Source: the human T2T-CHM13v2.0 reference genome, Homo sapiens. Taken from it: DNA of 64,000 bases. A program made the translations under genes and the position numbers. The stretch lies in NCBI RefSeq assembly GCF_009914755.1, contig NC_060931.1; one strand, written 5' to 3'. The notes under the pieces were generated by a model, which was not told the origin of the DNA, did no database searches, and saw only the letters and a program-made list of their open reading frames with translations. The first letter of the stretch is position 1. Every line of letters starts with the position of its first letter. Shown piece by piece: positions 29,028 to 42,266 of this stretch.

Positions 29028-29362
29028 TGTTATGGTTTGGCTGTGTTCCCACCCAAATCTCATCTGGAATTGTAATGGGAGGAACCCAGTGGGAGGTTAC
29101 TGAATCAGGAGGGCAGTTCCCCCATGGTGTTCTCATGATAGTCATTTCTCACAAGAGCTGATGGTTTTATAAGCATCTGACATTTTCCCCACTGGCATTC
29201 ATTCTCTCTTCTGCTGCCCCGTGAAGAGGTGTCTTCCACCATGATTGTAAGTTTCCTGAGGCCTCCTTAGCCATGCAGAACTCAATCAATAAAACCTCTT
29301 TTCCTTATAATTTACTCAGTCTCAGGTATTTCTTCATTGCACCATGAGAACAGACTAATACA
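29028..29362 (+). mobile_element. THE1D-like 3' LTR
   Basis: tgttatggtttggctgtgttcccacccaaatctcatc...catgattgtaagtttcctgaggcctcc...gactaataca. Confidence 0.85.
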
Positions 29363-29438
29363 CTGTATATTTCCAGTTTATTTATTTTTACCATTTATAA
29401 TTGTGACTAGAAGGTAAGTTTCATTTTGACAGAGATTT

Positions 29439-29522
29439 TATTACAGACTATATCCCTATCACTTAGGAAAGTGTCACAGGGTATAGACACTCTCCTAAGT
29501 GATAGGGATATAGTCTGTAATA
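29439..29522. repeat. Near-perfect inverted repeat (37-bp arms, 10-nt loop, 1 mismatch)
   Basis: 29439-29475 tattacagactatatccctatcacttaggaaagtgtc pairs with 29486-29522 gacactctcctaagtgatagggatatagtctgtaata. Confidence 0.95.
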
Positions 29523-30416
29523 TTAATTGATTGAGTGAATAAATATTTTGATGGGTAACCCCACTCCCCATCCTCATGATCATAGGCATTCATTTGCTGC
29601 AAGCCTGGTCAGTTAACAAATTCCATTACCCCAGCCACACTAATTAATGTTTAGAAACAATCACATAGCCAATTACTTTGGTAACTATAGGGAATTTTGC
29701 TGTAATAACTGGAAAAACAGAAGCTCTCCTTACATTGGGCTTTCCAAACACTAAGATATTGTAAGATCGTAAGTAAGTTCAACTTTGATAAACATAGAGC
29801 TTGCTGAGAATAAAATCCCTTAAAACAAAAGTAGAGCTAAGAAGTAGTAAAGGGAAAAGTTGGAGAAAAGAGGCTGAGGAATATAAGAATGAAGGGATAT
29901 GCACAAGTGTCCAAAGGCAGTGTTACAACCGCACCCCCCACCAATCTGTTGGAATCCGGTTATCTACTTTTAGACTTTCCAGTTATAAGAGTCAATCCAT
30001 TTTTACTTATGAAAATTTGATGAGTTTCTTTCACTTGAAATAATTAATGCAAGTTCTTATTGTCCATGAGCCAAAAATAGATCTTATCTACATTATGTGA
30101 ACCCTGCTATTGAAACTATTGCCATCTCTTTTTCTTTACTAGTGAAATTAATCTTTCCATTTTGAGACTTGATGCCGTCTATGCCAACATCTATGTCAAT
30201 ATGTCAGCTGTAGGACCACTTATATCAATAGCAAGGAGAGCTAGCAGATTATAGATCTCAGAAGGAGAAAGTCATATAGAGAGCACGGCTTTGAGCAGGT
30301 GTGTGGCCTTCAATATACTGATATAGCCAGCCTCAGGAAACCCTACACATCTATACTCCCTCAGTAACACTGTCAACGTTCCTCACTGGCCAAGGCCAAT
30401 CAAAAGCCAGAGGGCA

Positions 30417-33400
30417 TCTTTCCTTTCCTGCCCCACCAGCGCATTTGTGCATGAAAGCTGGCCTCCCACTGCTGCCAGCAAAGTGTACTCTACCAGCCCC
30501 AACATCTTACTGTCATTGTAGTTGGAGCCTTGGTGGGCCGTATGCCCACCAGCTCTGCTGCCACCAGTGCCCTGCCACTGTGCCAACACTGCCACTGCAG
30601 TGAAATTACGCATGGAGGACAGCAAACCCTCCCTACCTTCAGTGGCCACCTCCACCTGTGTGAATGCACAGAGGGTGCACACAGTCCTCTGCCCACCAAC
30701 ACCCCACCCCACATGCTAAAACTATCACCAGTGTGACTGCTCACAGTCACCAGCAGGGCACCCACTTTCCTCAAGCTGTGCTGCCTCCGCTGCTGCTGCA
30801 AACACCTGCAGGAGGGCTGGCACCCTGGCACTTGCTGGCACTCTACTGCAGTGGATGATTGTGCATCCTGCCACACTGCCACTGTTGCTGCTGTGGGCAC
30901 ATGTGAATGAGGATGGATCCTGCTGCCATCACCCTGTGAAACACTTTGGCTGGCACCACCTATTGGAGTGCTATGAACAGTGGTTTCAGAGCAACTCAAC
31001 CTCCATAGTGCAGTGGGTTCCTAACCTCAAGGAGCCAGAGAACAAAGTCAGGGCCCGATACCAGTCCCCCAGAGTTAGGGCACACAATCTAGGAATTGTG
31101 AGTTGAGCATTGGCCCCATAAAATCTTCCAGAAATAAAGCCAGTTGACTGAACCTACCTTATACCACAATCAAACCCTCAAGGTCATCAAATAGGATAAA
31201 AGAAAAAAAAATCCAAACGACAGCAACTTTAAAGACTGAAGGAACATCAGCGCACACAGATGAGAATCAACCAGTGCAAAAATGCTGACAATTTAAAAAC
31301 CTAGAGTGCTTTCTTTCCTTCAAACAATGGCACTAGCTCTCTAGCAAGGGTTTTGAATTGGGCTGAAATGGCTAAAATGACAGAAATAGAATTCAGAAAA
31401 TGGATAGGAACATGGATCATGGCAATGCAGGAGTATATTGAAACCCAATCCAAAGAAGCTAAGAATCACAATAAAATGATACGGAAACTGACGGACAAAA
31501 TTGCCAGTATAAAAAAGGAATGTAACTAATCAGAGCTGAAAAACATACTACAAGAATTTCATAATGCAATCACAGTAATAATGGCAGAATAGACCAAGTG
31601 GAGGAAAGACTCTCAGAGCTTTAGGACTGGTTTTCTAAAATAAGACAGTCATACGAGAATGGACAAACAAAATGAAAAGGAATGAATAAAACCTCTGAAA
31701 AATATGGGATTATGCAAACAGACCAAATCTATGACTCATTGGTGTCCTTGAAAGAGATGGGGAGAATGGAAGCAACATGGAAAACACATTTCAGGAAATT
31801 ATCCCTGAGACCTTTCCCAACCTAGCTAGAGACCAGCATGCAAATTCAGGATATGCAGAGAACATCAGTAAAATACTTCACAAGAAAATCATCTCTCAGC
31901 CACATGGCCATCAGATTCTCCAAGGCTGAGATGAAAGAAAAAATGTTACAGGTAGCTAGAGAGAAAGGTCAAGCCACCTACAACGGGAAGCCCATCAGAC
32001 TAGCAGTAGACTTCTCAGCAGAAATCCTACAAGCCAGAAGAGATTGAGGGCCAATATTCAGCATTCTTAAAGGAAAGGAAATTTCAACAAAGAATTTCAT
32101 ATCCAGCCAAAATAAGCTTCTTAGGCAAATGAGAAATAAGATTTTTTCCAGACAAGCAAACGCCAAGGGAATTTGTTACCACTAGATTGGCCTTACAAGA
32201 GTTCCTGAATAAACCACTAAATATGGAAAGAAAAGACCATTACCAGCCACTACAAAAACACACTTAAGTACGCAGACCAGTGACACTATAAAGCAACCAC
32301 ACAAACAAGTCTGCACAACAGTAAGCTAACATCATGATGACAGGATCAAATTCACACATATCAATACTAACCTTGAATGTACATGGGCTAAATGCCCCCA
32401 GTTAAAAAGCAGAGTAGCAAACCAGACAGAGAACCAAGAACCAATGGTTTTCTGTCTTCAAGAGACCCATCTCACATGCAGTGAAACCCATAGACTCATA
32501 AGGAATGCAGAAGAATCTACCAAGCAAATGGAAAACAGAAAAAAGCAGGAGGTGCAATCCTAATTTCCAAAACAAAGCAAAGCAAACAAACAAAAAAACC
32601 TTAAATCATCAAAGACCAAAAGAGACATAGAAGGAGATTACACAATGGTAAAACATTCAATTCAACAAGAAGACCAAACTATCTCTAATATATATGCACC
32701 CAACACAGGAGCATCTAGATTTATAGATCAAGTTCTTGGAAACCTACAAAGAGACTTAGACTCCCACACAATAATAGTGGGAGACTTCAACACCCCACTG
32801 ACAGTATTAGACAGATCATTGAGGCAGAAAATTAACAAAGAAAGTCAAGACATGAACTCAACACTGGATCAAATGGATCTGATAGACATCTACAGAACTC
32901 TTCATCCAAACACAACAGGATATACATTCTTCTCATTGCCACATGGCACATACTCTAACATCAACCACAGTTAAGACATGAAACAATGCTTACCAAATGC
33001 AAAAGGATTGAAATCATGACAACCACTCTCTCAGACCATGGCACAATAAAATTAGAAATCTAGACTAAGAAAATCATTCAAAACCACAAAATTACATGGA
33101 AATTAAATAATCTGCTCCTGAATGACTTTTGTGTAAATAATGAAATAAAGGCAGAAATCAAGAAGTTATTTAAAACTAATGAGAACAAGGATATGACATA
33201 CCAGAATCTCTGGGACACAGCTAAGGCAATATTAAGAGGAAAATTTATAGCACTAAACACCCACATCAACAAGTTAGAAAGATTTTAATTTAGCAACCTA
33301 ACAAAACAACTAAGAAAACTAGAGAACAAGAGCAAACCAACCACAAAACTAGCAGAAGACAAGAAATAACCAAAATCAGAGCTGAACTGAAGGAGATTGA

Positions 33401-36387
33401 AACATGAAAAACCATTCAAAAGATCAATGAATTCAGGAGTTGGTTATTTGAAATAGTTAATAAGATAGATAGACTGCTAGCTAGAATAATAAAGAGAAAA
33501 AGAGAAAATCCAAATAAACACAATTAGAAATGACAAAGGGTATATTACAACTGATGCCACACAAGTACAAATACCTATCAGAAAATATTATGAGGAGCTT
33601 TATGCACACAAACTAGAAAATCTAGAAGAAAGGAGTAAATTCCTGGAGACACACACTCTTCCAAGACTGAACAAGGAAGAAATCGAATCTTTGTATAGAC
33701 CAATAACAAGTTCTGAAATTGAATCAGTAATAAATAGCCTACAAACCAAAAAGAGCCCAGGACCAGGCAGATTCACAGCTGAATTCTATCAGATGTATGA
33801 GGGAGAGCTGGTACCATTCCTACAGAAACTATTCCAAAACATTGCGGAGGAGGAACTCCTCCCTAACTCATTATCTGAGGCCAGCATCATCCTGATACCG
33901 AAACCTGGCAGAGATACAAGAAAAAAAGAAAACTTCAGGCCAATATCCTGGATGAATATCAATGCAAAAATCTTCACAAAAATACTGGCAAACTGTATCC
34001 AGCAGTGCATCAAAAAGCTTATTCACCATGGTCAAGTAAGCTTTACCCCTGGGATATAAGGTTGGTTTGACATATGCACATCAATAAATGTGATTCATCA
34101 CATAAACAGAACTAGAGACAAAAATCACATAATTATCTTAAGAGATGCAAAAAAACTGCTTTTGACAAATTTTAACACCCTTTATGTTAAAAACTCTCAA
34201 TAAACTAGATATTGAAGGAGCAAACCTCAAAATAAGAATAATCATCTATTCTATACAAACCCACAGATAACATCATACTGAATGGCAAAAGCTGGAAGCA
34301 TTCCCCGTGAAAACTGGCACAAGACAAGGATTCCCTCTCTCACCACTCCTGTTCACCATGGTAATGGAAGTCCTGGCCAGAGCAATCAGGCAAGAGAAAG
34401 AAATAAAAGGCATTGAAATAGAAAGAGAGGAAATCAAACTATCTTTGTTTGCAGACAACGTGATTCTATATGTAGAAAACCTAAGAGTCTTGGCCCAAAA
34501 CCTCCTTAAACTGATTAATAACTTCAGCAACATCTCAGGATACAAAACCAACGTACAAAAATCACTAGAATTCCTGTACACCAACAACAGCCAAGCTAAG
34601 AGCCAAATCAGGAATGCAATCCCATTCACAATGGCCACAAAAACAATAAAACACCTAGGAATACAGCTAACCAGGGAGGTGAAAGATCTTTACAACGAGA
34701 ACTAGAAAACACTGTTCAAAGAAATCAGAGATGCCACAAATTAATGGAAAAATATTCCATGCTTATACATAAGAAGAATCAATACCGTTAAAATGGCCAT
34801 ACTGCCCAAAACAATTTACAGATTCAATGCTATGCCTATCAAACTACCAATGACATTCTTTACAGAACTAGAAAAAACTATTTTAAAATTCTTATGGAAC
34901 CAAAAAGCGCCTGAATATCTAAGGCAATCCTAAGCAAAAAGAATAAAGCTGGAGGCATCAAACTACCAGACTTCAAATTATACTATGGGACTACAATATC
35001 CAAATCAGCATAGTACGGGTACAAAAACAGACAGATAAAACAAAGGAACAGAATAGAAAGCCCAGAAATAAAACTGCACACCTACAACTGTCTGATCTTT
35101 GACAAGGCTGACAAAAACAAGTAATGAAGAAAGGACTCTCTATTCGATAAATGGTGCTGGGATAACTGGCTGGCCATATGCAGAAGATTGGAACCGGACA
35201 CCTTGCTTACACCATATACAAAAATCAACTGAAGATGAATCAAAGACTTAAATGTAAAACTCAAAACTATAAAAATCCTGGGAGACAACCTAGGCAATAC
35301 CATTCTGGACATAGGAACAGGCAAAGAATTCATGATGAAGACACCAAAAGCAATTGCAACAAAAGCAAAAATTGACAAATGGAATCTAAACTAAAGAGGT
35401 TCTGCACAGCAAAAGAAACTATCAACAGAGTAAACACACAACCTACAGAATGGGAGATTTTTGCTAACTGTGCATCTGATAAAGGTCTAATATCCAGCAT
35501 CTATAAGGAACTTAAACAGATTTACAAGAATAAAACAAACAACCCAATTAAAATGTGGGTGAAGAACATAAACAGATACTTTTCAAAAGAAGATATATAT
35601 GCAGCCAATAAGCATATGAAAGAAAGCTCAATGTCACTGATCATTAGAGAAATGCAAATCAAAACCACAATGAGATACCATCTCACACTAGTCAGAATGG
35701 CTATTATTAAAAAGTCAAAAAATAATGGATGCTGGCTACGTTGTGGAGAAAAAGGGATGCTTATACACTGTTGGTGGGAGTGTAAAGTAGTTCAATCATT
35801 GTGTAAAGTACTGTGGCTATTTCTCAAAGACCTAAAAGCAGAACTACCATTTGACCCAGCAATCCCATTACTGGGTGTATACCCAAAGGAATATAAATCA
35901 TTCTATCATAAAGACACATGCAGGTGTATGTTCATTGCTGCACTATTTGCAATAGCAAAGTCATGGAATCAGCCTAAATGCCCATCAGTGGTAGACTGGA
36001 TAAAGAAAACATGATACATATACACAGCGGAATACTATGCAGCCATAAAAATTGTGATCATGTCCTTTGCAGCAATATGGATGGAGCTGGCGGCCACTAT
36101 CCTTAGCAATTTAACACAGGAACAGAAAATCAAATACTGCATGTTCCCACTCATAAATGGAAGCTAAATGATCAGAATACATGGACACATAGAAGGAAAT
36201 AGACACTGAGGCCTACCTGCGGATGGAGGGTGGGAGGAGAAAGAGGATCAGAAAAAAACAACTAATGGATTATAGGCTTAGTACTTGTGTAACAAAATAA
36301 TCTGTACAACAAACTCCTGTGACATGAGTTTACCTACATAACAAATCTGCACATGTACCCCGGAACTTAAAATAAAAAAAAAAAAAA
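30417..36387 (+). mobile_element. Near-full-length L1PA13-15-like LINE-1 (dead ORF1/ORF2) inserted in an LTR33/41-like element
   Basis: 5' ccactgc-rich region, ORF1 remnant, EN (NIYAPN...GDFNTPL), RT ([18 protein letters not shown]), C-terminal 211-aa piece, polyA. TSD aaaagcc(a)(g/a)aggg(c/t)a at 30402-30416 and 36384-36398. Confidence 0.92.
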
Positions 36388-39129
36388 GCCAAAGGGTATG
36401 GGGTAGCAGTGAGGAGATCTATACATATCAGCCTCTTCTGGTAGAAAGTAGGTCAAAGGAGACTGTTGAGAAGGCACAGAGGGCCAAGGAAAGGATATAT
36501 GGCATAACCTTACAGGAATTTTATTTCACTTTTTGAAGACTAGTTTATAACTATTTTTCAGGACACTGAATTAGGAGGTAAAGCACTTATCTCTTAGAAA
36601 TTACTGAATTAAAAGGAAAGTACACACAGTGAGTGCCTCAAGGCCATGCTAATCTCGTTCAAAATGTTTATTTTTGAAGATAAAAAGAAATCGTGGAGAA
36701 AACAGTGACAAAGACACTTTTCAGGACAAACAATCTGTGATAAATTGTTAATCTAAATCCTGTTTCTCAGAGGCCCTTTGGTAAATACAGCTATCCATTA
36801 TCCTAGTTTAACACTTTTGTAAATCCCAGAAAGCCTGAGAAAAGTCATAAAAAATTAATATGAAGATGAAATATTAAAATCATAAGACTCTTCCCAGAAA
36901 TTTTATATGTGGCAATTTCTATATGCCTATATAAAATTTACAATTTTCTAGCTTTCTCCAGACTCAAATAACAAAATACATACTCGAGCTAGAGTCATTT
37001 TTGTAAAATGATGGTTTTGGCATTTTTTGATTATAATTGCATGTTTACTTACATTCATATAGCTCCAAGTTTTAATATGAGTTTTCATGTTGTCGACAGA
37101 TCCCCCTAATATTTCAAGAAAAACAGACATAAAACACAGAATGTTAGAGTCATTTAGCTGAGTGCAAATACTTACATTTTTGCATAGATTAATTTGTGCT
37201 CTGTCTGCACCCCATTATTTCCATTTTATGATGATGACTGCCACAAAGATGAAAAACACAGGTTTTAAAAATATAAGCATTTAACCTCCACATAAACTAA
37301 TCCACAAGTATTTTTTAACTAATTTCAATTAGTATCATTAGATAACAAAATATGTAATGATATTATTCTGATCTTTGTACCACGGATTATTGTATTTTAA
37401 TGTGTCAGCCATAACTAAACCATTTTTTTTCTACTATTACAACTTTTAGAATCTGTTTCCTTCCTTAAGCACATATGGAGAAAACATTCTGCAAGGGAAA
37501 GTGTCCCTTGCAAAAAATGCCTCTTAAACAAATAAATGCTCAAATTTCTAGAAAAGAGAAATCTACTCAGATAATACAGGTCAGAGTAAAATACAGGCTA
37601 CAAATCAAATTATCATAGAATGTGCCAAACGTGGATACTGGATAAAGTTGTCTGACTGAAAACATTGTCATCCTCTCCAGTGCAAATTCTCTTTGAAATG
37701 GCCATATATATTTTACAAAATAATAAATCTCAAGTGGTACTGAAAACCTAGAATATCTATTTTATCTATTAACCATGTAATTTGAGAAATTCACTAAATA
37801 CAGAAAACAGAGAAAAAAGTTTCATCTAAACCACAGCCAAAAAGATATACTGAAGAGGATTCTGAGACAGATGTGGAATGGTACCAAAGGATGCTTCAAG
37901 CCCAGAGTCAACACAGACAAACAGTTGGGGAGAGCCCCAGAGAAAGGATTTTTTGGGTGAGTGCCTGTGGAATAGGTGGACAGAGTTCTTTCCTTCCCTG
38001 TGCATCCGCTTCATTTGCGCTCAGAGTAACATTGCGAGGGAGAGTTCCTAGATCACTGAAGCCAGACATAATCAGACAGAAATTTCTGGCACAATCTACC
38101 AGCAATTTTTTTTCCCCACTATCTCCTGAGGCCAGCTCTGATGTCAGAACATACATCCGCATCCAGGCAAGCAGAAATAATAAAAAATATGAGAAGCTAG
38201 CAAAATAAAATCACCAAAATGTGAGGAAAATATGGTTTATTAACAGAAGTCATCAATTTGACAAGAAGTTAATCCCAGTATTTTAGAAAATAAACAGAAG
38301 ACTCTTAGATGAATATAATTAGTATCTTCAGAGTGAGCCAAAATATTACAAAAATATTAGAAATAAAGGGACTTATTACAAATATAGAATGTTAAACAAG
38401 TATAAACTAATGCTGTGTAAAAATTTATGTCAATAAAATTAAAGGCTAAATGAAATAGATAATTTTCTAGGAAAATATAAATTACCTGTATTGGCTCTAG
38501 AGTAATAGAAAATAGGAATTAATGAGAATAGACACAGTGGAAAAGACAGTAAAAGACCTACTCTTTAAAAAATGGAACCATGCAGACATGCAGTTTTAAG
38601 CTGGAGGAAGAACAAAATCTGCCTACTCCTAACAAAGAAAATGAGAAATAGAAATGGGAATTTTATCTTAGATGATATTAGCAGCAATAATTTCAGACTT
38701 TATAAAGGATACCAAGTCCATTAAATATTGGACCAATTTGATAGAGAAGACAGAAAGAGATCATCACCCACTACAGATAATGAGCAGATCTGTCATTGTG
38801 GTAGATGTCCAAAGTGATTAGTACCATCCAGTGGAAATTTAACTAATCTTGTGTTAGACATTCAAGGTCTAGTGTGTAGCATGACTGAAGAAGCCCTCTT
38901 TTTCCTCTTGTAGTGGCAAGGGAGTTGGGATTGAAGAAAATAAAACTATATGTATTCAATTTTTGTAACAAGGCAGCTTACCACCCTCTTCTTTATGTTA
39001 GCCTAAAGTATTCACCTGGTCTCTTTCCACATTAAATTCTGTAAATAACTGGGGCCAGAAAGAACTTCTCATATTCAAGGGTGTGCAACAAAGTTAAAGA
39101 ACATAGTGCAATTAAAAAAAAAAAAACAA

Positions 39130-40200
39130 TTGAAGCATTTATACAACTGAAAACAAATCTATTTAAATGCAGAGGAGTTTTCAGAATATTGAATTAAATG
39201 TAATAGAAAATAATAAAAGCATTTAAGTAATTGGAGAGAAAGAGGTAGATGTGGAAGTTTGCCAGAATAGATCCACTACATTCTTTCTTGGGGTTCATGT
39301 AGAGGAGAATAGAACAAATAGAACAGAAATTATATTTAAAGACATAGCCATGAAAAAGATTCTTGAAATAAAAGAATACTTGGTTCAATTCAATGGATAT
39401 TGTATTCCATTTAAAATTGCCTCCAATTCATTAATACTAAGACCTTTTCACATAAATTTCCTATGATTAAAAGTAAAGCAAGATTTTTATGGCATAGAAA
39501 CTACCAAAACGATATAAAATAAAATATTATCTCACCTTAAGAGTTACTTGTTAGGTCTATTTTAACTTTCTCTACAGCGTTTGTCAATGTAATAAGGAAG
39601 TAAAGCAATTCTCGGAAGACCAAGTAGAGAAAGTGTGACTCAAACTTTTTGTACCATTCTACATTTTTTAGTATCTCTAAAGGTAGCAGATATTTTCAGC
39701 CAGGTAAGAATTCGGGCAAGATAATTTCTAAAAACTCTTCTTTAAGAAATTACTAGAGGATGCATTTCAACCAACCTAGAAATAAACACGAAGACTGTGG
39801 TTAAGCCTAATGTCATTTAAATGTTGAAGTAAGACTTTCATATCTAGGAAAACTGTGGTTACAGAACAAGTTCTGTGACAAGGCAGAAATAACACTATTA
39901 ATATCAAATGTTAAATGATAGAGGGAAAAAGAAGGGAGGTGTATAAAAATCCTGATTTCATAGTTTTAAAATGTAGTGGTAAAGTTTGCAGACACCAAAA
40001 TGCTGATTAAACCAGGTAGTAGTGGCATAAGAATATATGAGGTAAAAATAATTACTAGAAAAACAATAAAATAACTCATGTAAATTAGGTGGTAAATGGA
40101 AGGAACTAGAGTCAGAGGGAGTGAAGTAAGCTGATATTCTAATTGCTTATAGTGGTAAGTCAATAAATATTGTATAATAAAAGGAAATTAAGATTGTTAT
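39130..40200 (+). mobile_element. HAL1/old L1M ORF1-like fragment
   Basis: aacagaaattatatttaaagacatagccatgaaaaagattcttgaaataaaagaatacttg resembles HAL1. Confidence 0.45.
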
Positions 40201-40311
40201 AAAAAGTTGTGACCATAAAAACTCACTCTTCTCAGAAGTAAACCACATAAGCACTTACAGAAAGAGCATCAGAAAACACATATTTCATACTAAAGAATAA
40301 AAACATTTGAA

Positions 40312-41370
40312 GCATCTCACAACTGTTAGGATGGCTATTATCAAAATGACTAAGGGATAGGAAGTGTGGGAGAAAAAGAATTCTTGCATACTATTAGTGG
40401 GAATGCAAATTGGCAGAGCTATTATGGAAAAGCTATTATGGATGTTCCTCAGAAAATTAAAAATAGAACTATCATATGACCTAGAAATTTCACTACTGTG
40501 TATGTCTCCAAAGGAAATTAAATCAGTATTTCAAAGAGATATATGCACAAACACACACAAAGAAATTTTAGCCTTAAAAGAGAATAAAATTCTGTCATTT
40601 GCTACGTCATAGATAAATCCGGAGTACATTATGCTTAATGAAATAAGCCAGACAGAGAGAATTACTGTATGATCTCACTGATATGTAGAATTTAAAGTCA
40701 AACTTACAGAATCAAAGAGAATGTGAGGGGCTCAAGTGGAGTCAGGATTAAGAGATGTTGATTACAGGGTAAAAAGTTTTAGTTAGACTGGGCGCGGTGG
40801 CTCATGCCTGTAATCCCAGCACTCTGGGAGGCCAAGGCAGGCAGATCATCTGAAGTCAGGAGTTCAAGACCAGCCTTGTCAACATGGCAAAACCCCGTCT
40901 CTACTAAAAATACAAAAATTACTCGGGTGTGGTGGTGGGAGCCTGTAATCCCAGCTACTCAGGAGGCTGAGGCAGGAGAATCGCTTGAACCTAGGAGGCG
41001 GAGGTTGCAGTGAGCCGAGATCATGCCACTCCACTCCAGTCTGGGAGATAGAGGGAGACTCTGTCTCAAAAAAAAAAAAAAAAAAAAAAAAAAGTTTTAG
41101 TTAGGCAGGATAAGTTCTGGGAGTCTAATGTACAAGGATGGTGATTATAGTTGATAATACTGTATTATATATCTTAAATTTGCTAGAGAGTAGATTGTAA
41201 ATATTCTCACCCTCCCCCCACACACAAGATCACTATGTGAGGTTATAGGTGTGTCAATTAACTTAATTACTGTAATAATTTCACAATGTATACATATATC
41301 AAATAATCACTGTATACCTTAAATAAATGTAATTTTTATTTATTGATTATACATCAGTAAAGCTGGGAAG
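40312..41370 (+). mobile_element. L1MA (8/9-like) 3' end interrupted by Alu
   Basis: aaaattaaaaatagaactatcatatgacc...gataagttctgggagtctaatgtac...aaatttgctagagagtagat. Confidence 0.75.
40786..41093 (+). mobile_element. AluSx/Sz
   Basis: Full dimer, long polyA, TSD aaaaagttttagtta. Confidence 0.9.
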
Positions 41371-41437
41371 AAACTCATAAAAACATTTCAAATAAGAAGC
41401 CAAACATAAAATAGAAATTAGAAGACACAGGAAGAAC

Positions 41438-41978
41438 TATCACAGGGCAAATCACAAAACTGGGGTTCAGCCCTGGAGGCCATGTGGCTTCTTGATTTCT
41501 TGCAGAAAGGAATTGAAGAGCTAGCTGACAGGATAAAGTGAAAGCAAGTTTATTAAGAAAGTAAAGGAATAAAAGGGTGGCTATTCCATAGTCAGAACTG
41601 CCCTGAGGGGTGCTGATTGGTTACTTTTATGGTTATTTCTTGATCATACTCTAAATATGGGGTAGATTATTCATAAGTTTTCCAGAAAAGGGTGGGGAAT
41701 TCCTGGAACTGAGGGTTCCTCCCCCTTTCAGACTACATTAGGTAGTTTCTGGATGTTGCCATGGCATTTGTAAACTGTCATGGCACTAGTGAGTGTCTTT
41801 TAACATGCTAATGCATGATAATTAGCGTATAATGAGCAGTGAGGACCACAGGAGGTTGTTTTTATTGCAATCTTGGTTTTGATGGGTTTTGGCTGGCTTC
41901 TTTACCACATCTTATTTTATCAGTGGAATCTTTGTTACCTGTGTCTTGTGAAACCAGTCCTGCAGAACTTCTATCTCA
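41438..41978 (-). mobile_element. MER41C/D-like ERV1 solo LTR
   Basis: gccatggcatttgtaaactgtcatgg, gcaagtttattaagaaagtaaaggaataa; 4-bp TSD gaac. Confidence 0.8.
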
Positions 41979-42266
41979 GAACATTTTGCCATGAGAAACT
42001 GTACTACTAAGAATTCATTCACTCATTTTTTATTTCCTGGGGACAGTGTAGATAAAGTACTGAAAAACCCATACATATGATCCATCTCTGATCTCATAGA
42101 TCTCATATCTTGTGAGCCATAGATAAATAATAAGTAACCAAATACATTATGTATTTTGTGAAAATATTAAATAGCATAAAGAAAAATAAATAACAATAAG
42201 AGACAAGAAAGTGATTGAGATAGAGGATGGGGGAGAATTTTTAGATAAAGTACTCAAATAAGAAAG

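Noticed and set aside
30383-31106. Cluster of overlapping ORFs up to 169 aa
   Set aside because: GC-rich ccactgc-repetitive 5' region of the L1PA13-15 element
35379-36014. Longest ORF in the track (211 aa)
   Set aside because: C-terminal remnant of L1 ORF2p in a frameshifted, dead L1; not a host gene
37490-37512. 9-bp-stem hairpin tgcaaggga-aagtg-tcccttgca followed by an A-run
   Set aside because: Terminator-like shape is meaningless in a primate intron, and the length is near chance expectation
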